A stretch of DNA of 64,000 nucleotides, taken from the NCBI GenBank assembly GCA_902524385.1, contig CABZCZ010000002.1:38596-102595 (forward strand). Reading direction: 5' to 3'. The notes under the pieces were generated by a model, which was given only the letters and a program-made list of their open reading frames with translations, did no database searches and had not been told where the DNA came from. Numbering within the stretch: position 1 is the stretch's first letter; each line of letters opens with the position of its first letter. The position numbers and the translations under genes are program-made. The stretch comes from an uncultured Alphaproteobacteria bacterium (lineage in GTDB: Bacteria > Pseudomonadota > Alphaproteobacteria > HIMB59 > GCA-002718135). This document shows, in pieces, positions 55,525 through 63,964 of the stretch.

Positions 55525-55587
55525 CCCACACCACCGAAGTGACCGGATTTTGAATCCGGCGCGTCTACCAGTTCCGCCATACTCCCA
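55525..55587 (-). pseudogene. 5' fragment of tRNA-Leu(CAA), positions 1-62, lacking the T-loop and 3' acceptor strand
   Basis: Identical to the 5' part of the intact tRNA at 52517-52601. The sequence diverges exactly after the 5' strand of the T stem. Confidence 0.9.
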
Positions 55588-55746
55588 TATTAATAATTTA
55601 AGTACTATAAGGTTTTAATAAATAAGTCTATTAGGTTATTTACGTATAATATTAATGTATGGCAACAAAAGGGAAACAAATTTTATTATAATTTAAAAAA
55701 ATTTTTAATTTATAGAAATCAGTAATTTTAAACTTTATTATTTATT

Positions 55747-56505
55747 ATGAAAAAAAATATTCTTTTCTTACATATTCCTAAAACAGCAGGTCAAACTATC
55801 AGATCTGCGTTTAATGACATGTTAAAAAAAAATACTGATATAGATCTTCATACTGGAGCAAGTGAAGGTTTGGTGGATCAATTTTCACTTAATTATTTTA
55901 ATAAAAAAAATCTAAATAAAGATATAAATATTTTTACAGGACATTTTGTTTTTAGTGAAGCTTGCAAAAATTTTGACCTATTTTCAATTGTTAGAAATCC
56001 TATAAACTTATTTATTTCTAGCTTATATTTTTTTTATCTTGAAAAATATAAAAGAGTTAATTTGAATTCAAAATCTATAAAAATGATTAAAAAAAAACTA
56101 AACTTTGACTTAGAATTATCTAATAATGATTTAAAAATTATGCCTAAATTAATAGAAAATAATTTTGTAAATTCAAATATAATAACTAAAACTATTGCTG
56201 GTATCCCTTATGAAAAATATTATCTTGTACATGAAGATTATAAACTAGAAGAAGAAGATTATCTTAAAGCTAAGGAAAATCTAAAATACTTTAAACACAT
56301 TGGTAATGTTGAAAATGTAGAAAATTTCTTAAAAATATTAATAAGTTATGTTCCACTTAATTCTATAAATTATAGATCTATGAATATCTTTAAGAAAGAT
56401 AAGATTTTAATTCAAAACATCAAAAACTCAATAGGAGACATGATTAAAGATTATAATTATTATGATACTAAGCTTCTTGAGATTATAAAAACTAAGTTTA
56501 ACTAA
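55747..56505 (+). CDS. sulfotransferase-family protein
   Basis: The N-terminal LFLHIPKTAGQTIRSAF matches the HIPKTGG-type 5'-phosphosulfate-binding motif of the carbohydrate sulfotransferase family. 252 aa. Confidence 0.65.
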   Translation: MKKNILFLHIPKTAGQTIRSAFNDMLKKNTDIDLHTGASEGLVDQFSLNYFNKKNLNKDINIFTGHFVFSEACKNFDLFSIVRNPINLFISSLYFFYLEKYKRVNLNSKSIKMIKKKLNFDLELSNNDLKIMPKLIENNFVNSNIITKTIAGIPYEKYYLVHEDYKLEEEDYLKAKENLKYFKHIGNVENVENFLKILISYVPLNSINYRSMNIFKKDKILIQNIKNSIGDMIKDYNYYDTKLLEIIKTKFN

Positions 56506-56529
56506 TTATAAATAAATTTAGTATCAAAC

Positions 56530-57003
56530 TTAAAAAAATTTAACTAATTTAAATATACTGAAGATGATTTTAATGAATATACTTTTATTTCCATATAAAT
56601 AAATTTTTGATGAGTCTATATAAATTTGATTAGAAGACTGGAAACGCAATAACCTATTATCTAATATTTTTTTTGTTGAGTAATCATTTGATATATATTT
56701 ATTAATATTTATATTTTTTAAATCATATATATCTAGAAGAATTTTTGTTCTTGGTGAAGTTTGTATCATATTTAAAGTATGATATATTATATAGAATAAA
56801 AGAGAATTTAATAATACAAAAACTAAAACTATATAAAAGCTAAATAAATAGAGAACTAATATATTAGTAATAATATTTATTATTATAAATGCATATATTT
56901 CTGCTTTTCTAAATGGATAATACATTTCCATTTTAAAAATTTTGTAACTTAATTTTAAAATTAAAAGATATATAAAAAAATTTATTACTAAGCAGTAAAA
57001 CAA
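56530..57003 (-). CDS. small membrane protein, paralog of the upstream gene
   Basis: About 3 TM helices, then a soluble tail ..TSPRTKILLDIY....KKILDNRLLRF..NQIYID..KIYL. The tail aligns with that of the 57004-57489 product. Confidence 0.6.
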   Translation of the reverse strand: MFYCLVINFFIYLLILKLSYKIFKMEMYYPFRKAEIYAFIIINIITNILVLYLFSFYIVLVFVLLNSLLFYIIYHTLNMIQTSPRTKILLDIYDLKNININKYISNDYSTKKILDNRLLRFQSSNQIYIDSSKIYLYGNKSIFIKIIFSIFKLVKFF

Positions 57004-57489
57004 TTATCCCTCACTTTTTAAATTAAAAAAATTTTTAACTTTTGAAAAAAATCTGCAAAAAGCTAAACCTTTTTGTGTTAAATAAATATTATAATCCTTT
57101 TCATAAATCATGTTTTCATTTTTTAAATTTACAATTCTTTTTTCTAAAATAGAATTTTCATTAAGAATTTTTAGTACATCTTTATAGTCTGCTCCTTTGT
57201 TTTTTTGCAAGTAATCAATTATAAAATAACTAGGGCTATTTACAAATTTAACACCGATTGTCAGTACATATGAAATAAAAAGTAAAAAATTAAATGTAAC
57301 ACATACTAATTTAAATTGAATTTCTTCTTTAAAATAATCTAGTTGGTAAAAAGCTAAAATAAATATTAATATAAACAAAAAATAAAATCTAAATACCAAT
57401 GTATAAGAAAATTCTCTTTTTTTTATAAAAAATAATTTACAAAAAATTACAAATAATAAGAAAAAAAAAATATTATAGACAAAGAACAT
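57004..57489 (-). CDS. small membrane protein, paralog of the downstream gene
   Basis: About 3 TM helices, then the tail ..NSPSYFIIDYL....NSILEKRIVNL..NMIYEK..NIYL. Start overlaps the stop of the upstream GT2 gene by 1 nt (TAATG). Confidence 0.6.
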   Translation of the reverse strand: MFFVYNIFFFLLFVIFCKLFFIKKREFSYTLVFRFYFLFILIFILAFYQLDYFKEEIQFKLVCVTFNFLLFISYVLTIGVKFVNSPSYFIIDYLQKNKGADYKDVLKILNENSILEKRIVNLKNENMIYEKDYNIYLTQKGLAFCRFFSKVKNFFNLKSEG

Positions 57490-58214
57490 TATTTCTTTGT
57501 TGATATAAAAAATTGATGAACAAATAGTTTAAAAATTGAATACACAACTAATAAACTATTTTTTAGATTAAAAGCTTTTGATTGACCTAAATTTCTATCA
57601 TCTAACTTTGTCGGAACCAATGTATATTTTATATTAGTTGATTTGAAAAGTTTTAGTAAAAGTTCAATTTGCCAAGTAAAGCTATTTGTCTCGATATTAA
57701 TATTTTTTATTAGAGAAGATTTATATAAACATAGACCATTATAGTATGGTAAATCAAGATTAAAAATAAAATTTAAAAAGGGTGTATAAAGTTTTGTAAA
57801 AAATTTTCTAAAGAATGTTCTAACCTGTGGGTTTGAATAATAAGTAAGAATTACATCGTATTTTCCAATCAATTCAATCATTTTTTTTATTTCACTTGAT
57901 TTATGACAATTATCTCCTGGAATATAAATCACATAATCTTTAGAACAAAGTTCAAATCCCTTTTTAATTGCACCGCCAAGGCCAATATTTATTTTGTTTT
58001 TATGCAATTTTATATTGAGATTATTTTTTTTTAAGTTTTTTACTAAATTATTTGATTTGTCGGTACTAGCATCATCTATAACTAAAATTTCATATTCTTT
58101 AATAATTGGTATATCAATCGATAAAGAAATTTCATTTAATGTTTCAATAATATTACTTTCTTCATTGTAACAAGGCACAATTACAGATAGTGAATAGTGT
58201 GTTTGAATTTTCAT
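57489..58214 (-). CDS. family-2 glycosyltransferase (polyprenyl-phosphate sugar synthase-like)
   Basis: SVIVPCYNEE and VIDDASTD motifs, with a DxD-like GDN. A short soluble GT-A domain of 241 aa. Confidence 0.85.
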   Translation of the reverse strand: MKIQTHYSLSVIVPCYNEESNIIETLNEISLSIDIPIIKEYEILVIDDASTDKSNNLVKNLKKNNLNIKLHKNKINIGLGGAIKKGFELCSKDYVIYIPGDNCHKSSEIKKMIELIGKYDVILTYYSNPQVRTFFRKFFTKLYTPFLNFIFNLDLPYYNGLCLYKSSLIKNINIETNSFTWQIELLLKLFKSTNIKYTLVPTKLDDRNLGQSKAFNLKNSLLVVYSIFKLFVHQFFISTKK

Positions 58215-58265
58215 ATTAAATAATCATAGCAATTAACAAATAGTATAGTAGATTAAAATAAATAT

Positions 58266-59255
58266 ATGAAAAAAAAGAAGATAATAATTACTGGAGGAGC
58301 TGGTTTTATAGGAAGCCATATCGCTGAGAGATATACTCAAAAAAATGTAGAAATTATAATATTAGATAATCTTAGTACGGGTAGATTAGATAATATTAAA
58401 AAATTTAAAGATAAAGTTACATTTATCAAATGTGATTTATCAAAAAATGGTGAATGGAAACAATATTTCAGAGAAGCACATTGTGTTTATCATTTGGCAT
58501 CGCTTGCCGATATAGTTCCTTCAATTGAAAAACCTATTGATTATTATAGTTCAAATGTAACATCAACAATTAATGTTTTAGAAGCTTGTAGAAAATATAA
58601 AAGTAAAAAAATTGTTTATGCTGCTTCTTCATCTTGTTACGGTATACCAGAGAACTACCCCACTAATGAAAAAGATAAAATATCACCGATGTATCCTTAT
58701 GCACTCACAAAATATTTATCTGAAGAAATATTATTCCATTGGAATAAAATATATAAAATTCCATCAGTCTCTCTTAGACTGTTTAATGTCTATGGAGTAA
58801 GATCAAGAACTAATAGTACATATGGTGCAGTGATGGGTGTTTTTTTTGCTCAAAAATTAGCAGATAAACCTCTTACCATTGTTGGTTCAGGGAATCAAAA
58901 AAGAGATTTTGTATTTATAGATGATGTTGTGAATGCCTTTGTACTCGCATCCAGAAAAAAAATTAATGGTGAGATATTTAACATAGGAAGTGGAAAGCCA
59001 AAAACAATTAATTATTTAGCAAATTTAATAAGTTCAAAAGATAAAATACATTTACCAAAAAGACCAGGTGAACCTGATTGTACATGGGCAGATATTACTA
59101 AAGCAAAAAAAATTCTTGGATGGAAGCCTAAAGTTAAATTAGAAGATGGAGTTAAAAAATTAATTGATAATATTTCATATTGGAAAAATGCTCCAATTTG
59201 GAATAAACAATCAATTAGAAAAGCTACAAAAAAATGGTTTGAGCATCTTAAATAA
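58266..59255 (+). CDS. NAD-dependent sugar-nucleotide epimerase/dehydratase (extended SDR)
   Basis: ITGGAGFIGSH Rossmann motif and the catalytic YALTK (YxxxK). Confidence 0.88.
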   Translation: MKKKKIIITGGAGFIGSHIAERYTQKNVEIIILDNLSTGRLDNIKKFKDKVTFIKCDLSKNGEWKQYFREAHCVYHLASLADIVPSIEKPIDYYSSNVTSTINVLEACRKYKSKKIVYAASSSCYGIPENYPTNEKDKISPMYPYALTKYLSEEILFHWNKIYKIPSVSLRLFNVYGVRSRTNSTYGAVMGVFFAQKLADKPLTIVGSGNQKRDFVFIDDVVNAFVLASRKKINGEIFNIGSGKPKTINYLANLISSKDKIHLPKRPGEPDCTWADITKAKKILGWKPKVKLEDGVKKLIDNISYWKNAPIWNKQSIRKATKKWFEHLK

Positions 59256-60778
59256 TGAAAAAAAAAATTTATTCACTTAATGAATTATCAAAAAAACTTA
59301 AATCTAAAAGATTTTATAAAAAGAAAATAACATTGTGTCATGGTGTTTTTGATTTACTTCACATTGGTCACATTAAACATTTTGAAGAAGCAAAAAAACT
59401 AGGAGACATTTTAGTAGTAACTATAACTCCAGACAAATATGTAAATAAAGGTCCTAGTAGACCTGTTTTCAATTCAAATTTAAGAGTTGAAGCTCTAGCA
59501 TCTTTAGAGTCAGTGGATTATCTCGCAGTAAATAAGTGGCAAAACGCAATAGAAACAATTAAATTAATCAAACCAGACATTTATTGTAAAGGTCCCGACT
59601 ATAAAAATAAAGAAGATGATTTAACAAAAAAAATTTATGAAGAAGAAAAAGCAGTAAAATCTTATGGCGGTAAAATTCATATAACTTCTGCACAAAAATT
59701 TAGTTCAGGAAATTTAATTAATAATCATCTCTCAAATTTAACAGATGAGCAAAAAAAATTTATTGCTGAAATCAGAAAAGAATTTACTTTTAATCAAATT
59801 GTTAAACACGTTAACGATTTATATGACAAAAAAACACTAATTATAGGTGAGGCAATAATTGATGAGTATGTATTTTGTGAAACATTAGGGAAATCTGGTA
59901 AGGAACCAATCTTATCATTAAAGAAACTAAATTCAGAAATATATTACGGAGGCGCAATTGCAGTAGCTAATCATATTTCTGGTTTTTGTAAAAAAGTAAC
60001 TTTATTTACTATGATAGGACAAAATGATAAATTTAAAAGTGATATTTTAAAAAATAGTGCCAAAAATATTAAAATTGATTTTTTTAAAAAAACAAATGCC
60101 CCTACAATTTTAAAAAGAAAATATGTAGATAATATTAATAAAAACAAAATTCTTGGTATTTATGAAATTAATGATGAATTGGTAAATTTAAATGATCAAT
60201 CAAAAATAGAAAAACAAATAAATAAATACAAAAATAAATTTGACCATATTGTTGTATTGGATTATGGCCATGGTTTCATCTCAGAAAAAATCGCTAATAA
60301 TATTACTAAAATTTCCAAATCAATGTCATTGAATGCACAATTAAATGCAGCAAATTTAGGTTTGCATACAATTAATAATTATAAAAATATAGAAACAGTT
60401 GTTATCAACGAAATGGAAATGAGATTAGAAATGAGAGATAGATATTCAAGTATAAATAATCTATTAAAAAAGTTATCCTCAAAACTAAATATTAAAAATC
60501 TCATAGTTACTAGAGGAAAAAACGGATCAACACTATATAATAAGCATACAGATCAATATATAGATTGTCCTGCTTTTGCAGTTAAGGTTGTAGACAAAAT
60601 AGGTGCTGGAGATGCAATGATATCAATGGTTTCTCTTGTATTATCATCAAAAATAAATAAAAAATTGTCATTATTCATTGGTTCATTAGCTGCTGCGCAA
60701 TCTGTAGAGAGTATTGGTAACAGTAAAGAAGTGAACAAAACATTAATGCTTAGAACAATTGAAAATTTATTGAAATAA
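59255..60778 (+). CDS. bifunctional cytidylyltransferase-like nucleotidyltransferase (N-terminal) / PfkB sugar kinase (C-terminal)
   Basis: The N-terminal HGVFDLLHIGHIKHF (HxGH) is of RfaE-II/TagD type. The C-terminal ribokinase-like domain carries GAGDA. The two domain types match those of HldE but in the opposite order. Confidence 0.82.
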   Translation: MKKKIYSLNELSKKLKSKRFYKKKITLCHGVFDLLHIGHIKHFEEAKKLGDILVVTITPDKYVNKGPSRPVFNSNLRVEALASLESVDYLAVNKWQNAIETIKLIKPDIYCKGPDYKNKEDDLTKKIYEEEKAVKSYGGKIHITSAQKFSSGNLINNHLSNLTDEQKKFIAEIRKEFTFNQIVKHVNDLYDKKTLIIGEAIIDEYVFCETLGKSGKEPILSLKKLNSEIYYGGAIAVANHISGFCKKVTLFTMIGQNDKFKSDILKNSAKNIKIDFFKKTNAPTILKRKYVDNINKNKILGIYEINDELVNLNDQSKIEKQINKYKNKFDHIVVLDYGHGFISEKIANNITKISKSMSLNAQLNAANLGLHTINNYKNIETVVINEMEMRLEMRDRYSSINNLLKKLSSKLNIKNLIVTRGKNGSTLYNKHTDQYIDCPAFAVKVVDKIGAGDAMISMVSLVLSSKINKKLSLFIGSLAAAQSVESIGNSKEVNKTLMLRTIENLLK

Positions 60779-61755
60779 TGAGAAAAATTTTAGTAACAGG
60801 TGGATTGGGATATGTTGGAACAGTGCTAGTTAATGAGCTCATAAAAAGAAATTATCATGTTAATGTTATTGATTTAGGGATATATGGTAATAATACCGAT
60901 AAAAATAATAATCTTAAGATTTTTATTGGCGATATTAGAGATCAAAAACTTTTTGAGGAAAGTGTTTTAGGATGTGACACTGTAATTCATCTAGCATGTA
61001 TATCAAATGATCCTAGTTTCGATCTTGATCCTCATTTAGGAAAATCAATTAACTTGGATGCCTTTAGACCAATGGTTGAGATTTCCCAAAAAAATGGAGT
61101 TGATAGATTTGTATATGCTTCATCATCAAGTGTTTACGGTATAAAAGATGAAAACAATGTTGATGAGACTTTTTCATTACAACCACTAACTGATTATTCT
61201 TTATATAAAGCGGAATGTGAAAAAATACTTCAAGAATATGAGTCTGATAGCTTTACTACTACTGTGCTTAGACCAGCAACAGTTTGTGGATACTCACCAA
61301 GGCAAAGATTTGATTTAGTGGTGAATATATTGACAAATTTAGCATTTAATAAAAATATAATTACAGTCTTTGGAGGAAAGCAGCTACGACCAAATATTCA
61401 TATTAATGACATGGTTAATGCCTATATACAAATTATAGGAACATCTAAAGAAAAAATAGCGGGTGAGATATTCAATGTTGGATTTCAAAATATGTCAGTG
61501 CTAGAGATTGCCAATATGGTAAAAAATAATATGAAAAAAAATATTGATTTAAAAATTGAAAATACTGATGATAATAGGTCTTATCATATTTCATCTAACA
61601 AAATTATAAATAAATTAAATTTTAAAACAAGTTTTACTGTAGAAAATGCTATACAAGATTTAATCAAATCTTTTGATAATAACTTATTTAAAAATAGTTT
61701 AGAAAATGAAAATTATTTTAATATTAAAAAAATGAATTCTATAAATTTGAAATAG
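60778..61755 (+). CDS. NAD-dependent sugar-nucleotide epimerase/dehydratase (extended SDR)
   Basis: VTGGLGYVGT Rossmann motif, SSSSVYG, YSLYK catalytic motif. Confidence 0.86.
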   Translation: MRKILVTGGLGYVGTVLVNELIKRNYHVNVIDLGIYGNNTDKNNNLKIFIGDIRDQKLFEESVLGCDTVIHLACISNDPSFDLDPHLGKSINLDAFRPMVEISQKNGVDRFVYASSSSVYGIKDENNVDETFSLQPLTDYSLYKAECEKILQEYESDSFTTTVLRPATVCGYSPRQRFDLVVNILTNLAFNKNIITVFGGKQLRPNIHINDMVNAYIQIIGTSKEKIAGEIFNVGFQNMSVLEIANMVKNNMKKNIDLKIENTDDNRSYHISSNKIINKLNFKTSFTVENAIQDLIKSFDNNLFKNSLENENYFNIKKMNSINLK

Positions 61756-61759
61756 CATC

Positions 61760-62857
61760 ATGAAAGTAAAATATTCATATTTAGAAAGACAGTTTAAGGA
61801 TGCAGATGATTTATGGGAAAATCTAAAAAATTTTGTAAAAACTGGTGATTTTACTTTAGGTAAGGAACTTGATAATTTTGAAAGAAACTTTGCCAACTTA
61901 ATTGGTACTAAATTTGCGGTTGGAGTTAATTCTGGAACTGATGCAATAAAATTACCTCTTAAGTATCTAAATTTAAAACCTGGGGATGAGGTAATAACCG
62001 CTGCAAATACTTTTGTTGCTACCGTAGGCGCAATTAATGAATTAGGTGTTAAAATTATTTTTGTAGATTGTGATGATACATTTTGTATGGATGTTAATCA
62101 AATTGAGTCTAAAATAAATAGTAAAACTAAAGCAATTGTCCCAGTACACTTCACTGGATATATGACAAACATGCCCCATTTAATGAAACTAAGTGAGAAA
62201 TATAATATTCCTATAATTGAAGATGCATGCCAGTCTATACTTGGTGCAATAGATAATAAAAATGCTGGTACATGGGGTTTAGCTGGTGCATTTTCTCTCC
62301 ATCCACTTAAAAATATAAATGTTTGGTCTGATGGAGGCGTTATAGTTACCAATGATGACAAGCTATATAATCAAATGAAACTATTAAGAAATCATGGCTT
62401 AAAGGATAGAGATACTGTTCAGCTTTTAGGTTACAATTCAAGACTAGATACTTTCCAGGCAGTAGTAGGTAACTGGTTATTACCTAAGGCTAAAGAAATT
62501 TCAGATAAAAGAATTGAAAACGCTAAATATATGGATAGGTCTTTTGATGAAATACCTGAGATAAAATTACCTCCACGACCTCAAAACTATAGAATGGTAT
62601 TTCATCTATACATTGTTTTTGCCGAAAATAGAGATGAATTACTTAAATATTGTATTGAAAAAGGTATTGAAGCAAAAGTTCACTACCCAATACCTATCTA
62701 TAGACAAGAAGCCCTTAAGCATTTGAAGCATAAACTTGGTGATTTTCCAGTATCAGATGAACACACAAAAAAAATAATTACATTTCCATGTGATCAACAC
62801 AGAACCAAAGAAGAATTAGATTATATTATTTCTACTGTTAAGAATTTTTATTCATGA
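61760..62857 (+). CDS. DegT/DnrJ/EryC1-family sugar aminotransferase
   Basis: GTDAI, EDACQS, and the PLP-Lys context SLHPLKN. Confidence 0.9.
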   Translation: MKVKYSYLERQFKDADDLWENLKNFVKTGDFTLGKELDNFERNFANLIGTKFAVGVNSGTDAIKLPLKYLNLKPGDEVITAANTFVATVGAINELGVKIIFVDCDDTFCMDVNQIESKINSKTKAIVPVHFTGYMTNMPHLMKLSEKYNIPIIEDACQSILGAIDNKNAGTWGLAGAFSLHPLKNINVWSDGGVIVTNDDKLYNQMKLLRNHGLKDRDTVQLLGYNSRLDTFQAVVGNWLLPKAKEISDKRIENAKYMDRSFDEIPEIKLPPRPQNYRMVFHLYIVFAENRDELLKYCIEKGIEAKVHYPIPIYRQEALKHLKHKLGDFPVSDEHTKKIITFPCDQHRTKEELDYIISTVKNFYS

Positions 62858-63960
62858 AAAGTGATTTTATCCCATATGTAAATTTATTCTCTCAATGGAA
62901 ACTGGAAAGAAAAACTCTTCTAAAAATTATAGATCAAGTAATTTCTAAGCAGGATTGGGTTGGTGGAAAAGAAATAGAAAAGTTCGAAAAAAAAATAATT
63001 AATCATACTAAAACTAAATATGCAGTAGCACTTAATAGTGGAACAGATGCCCTCACAATTGGTTTGTACTTGATCGGGGTCCGAAGAGGGGATGAGGTTA
63101 TTACTACTCCAAATTCATTTATAGCTTCTGTTGCCTCTATTGTACATATTGGAGCCAAACCAGTTTTTGTAGACGTGAAAGCAGATCAAAACATTGATAC
63201 AAAACTAATTGAAAACAAAATTTCAAATAAAACAAAAGCAATTATGCCAGTACATTTAACAGGCAGAATTTCTGATATGGATAAAATAATTAGTTTATCA
63301 AAAAAATATTCTATACCTATTATAGAAGATGCAGCACAATCAATAAATGCTAAATTTAATAATATGCCAGCAGGTAGTTTTGGTAAGGTAGGTTGTTTTT
63401 CTGCCCACCCTCTCAAAAATTTGAATGCCATTGGAGACTCTGGTTATTTAGTTACTAATGACAAAAGAATTTTTGATCAAGCTAAACAATTAAGAAGTCA
63501 TGGATTAAAAAATAGAAATTTTGTTGATAGATTTGGTTATGTGTCCAGGATGGATACAATTCAAGCAGCAATATTAAATTATAGAATTAAAAATTTAAAT
63601 AAAGTGATAAAAAAAAGAAGGGAAAATTTCAATACTTATAGCAAGCATTTAAACACAAAGTATATTTTTTTTCCAAATGAGGAAAATTATCAATTTAATA
63701 CTTATCATACGTTTGTGATACAGGTTGATAAAAGAGATAAATTAAGAGAATATTTAAATAAAAATGGCGTTGGAACTGCAATACATTATCCTATTCCTAT
63801 ACACCTACAAAAGGCTGCAAAACACTTAAATTATAAAAAAGGAGATTTTGTTAATACTGAAACTCAAGCTAAGAGAATACTGACGTTACCAATAAATGAA
63901 AGTCTGAATGGCAAACAGATAATTAAAATTTCAAACCTAGTAAATAATTTCTATAAATAG
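62854..63960 (+). CDS. DegT/DnrJ/EryC1-family sugar aminotransferase (second copy)
   Basis: GTDAL, EDAAQS, SAHPLKN. ATGA overlap with the preceding paralog. Confidence 0.9.
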   Translation: MKSDFIPYVNLFSQWKLERKTLLKIIDQVISKQDWVGGKEIEKFEKKIINHTKTKYAVALNSGTDALTIGLYLIGVRRGDEVITTPNSFIASVASIVHIGAKPVFVDVKADQNIDTKLIENKISNKTKAIMPVHLTGRISDMDKIISLSKKYSIPIIEDAAQSINAKFNNMPAGSFGKVGCFSAHPLKNLNAIGDSGYLVTNDKRIFDQAKQLRSHGLKNRNFVDRFGYVSRMDTIQAAILNYRIKNLNKVIKKRRENFNTYSKHLNTKYIFFPNEENYQFNTYHTFVIQVDKRDKLREYLNKNGVGTAIHYPIPIHLQKAAKHLNYKKGDFVNTETQAKRILTLPINESLNGKQIIKISNLVNNFYK

Positions 63961-63964
63961 GGTA

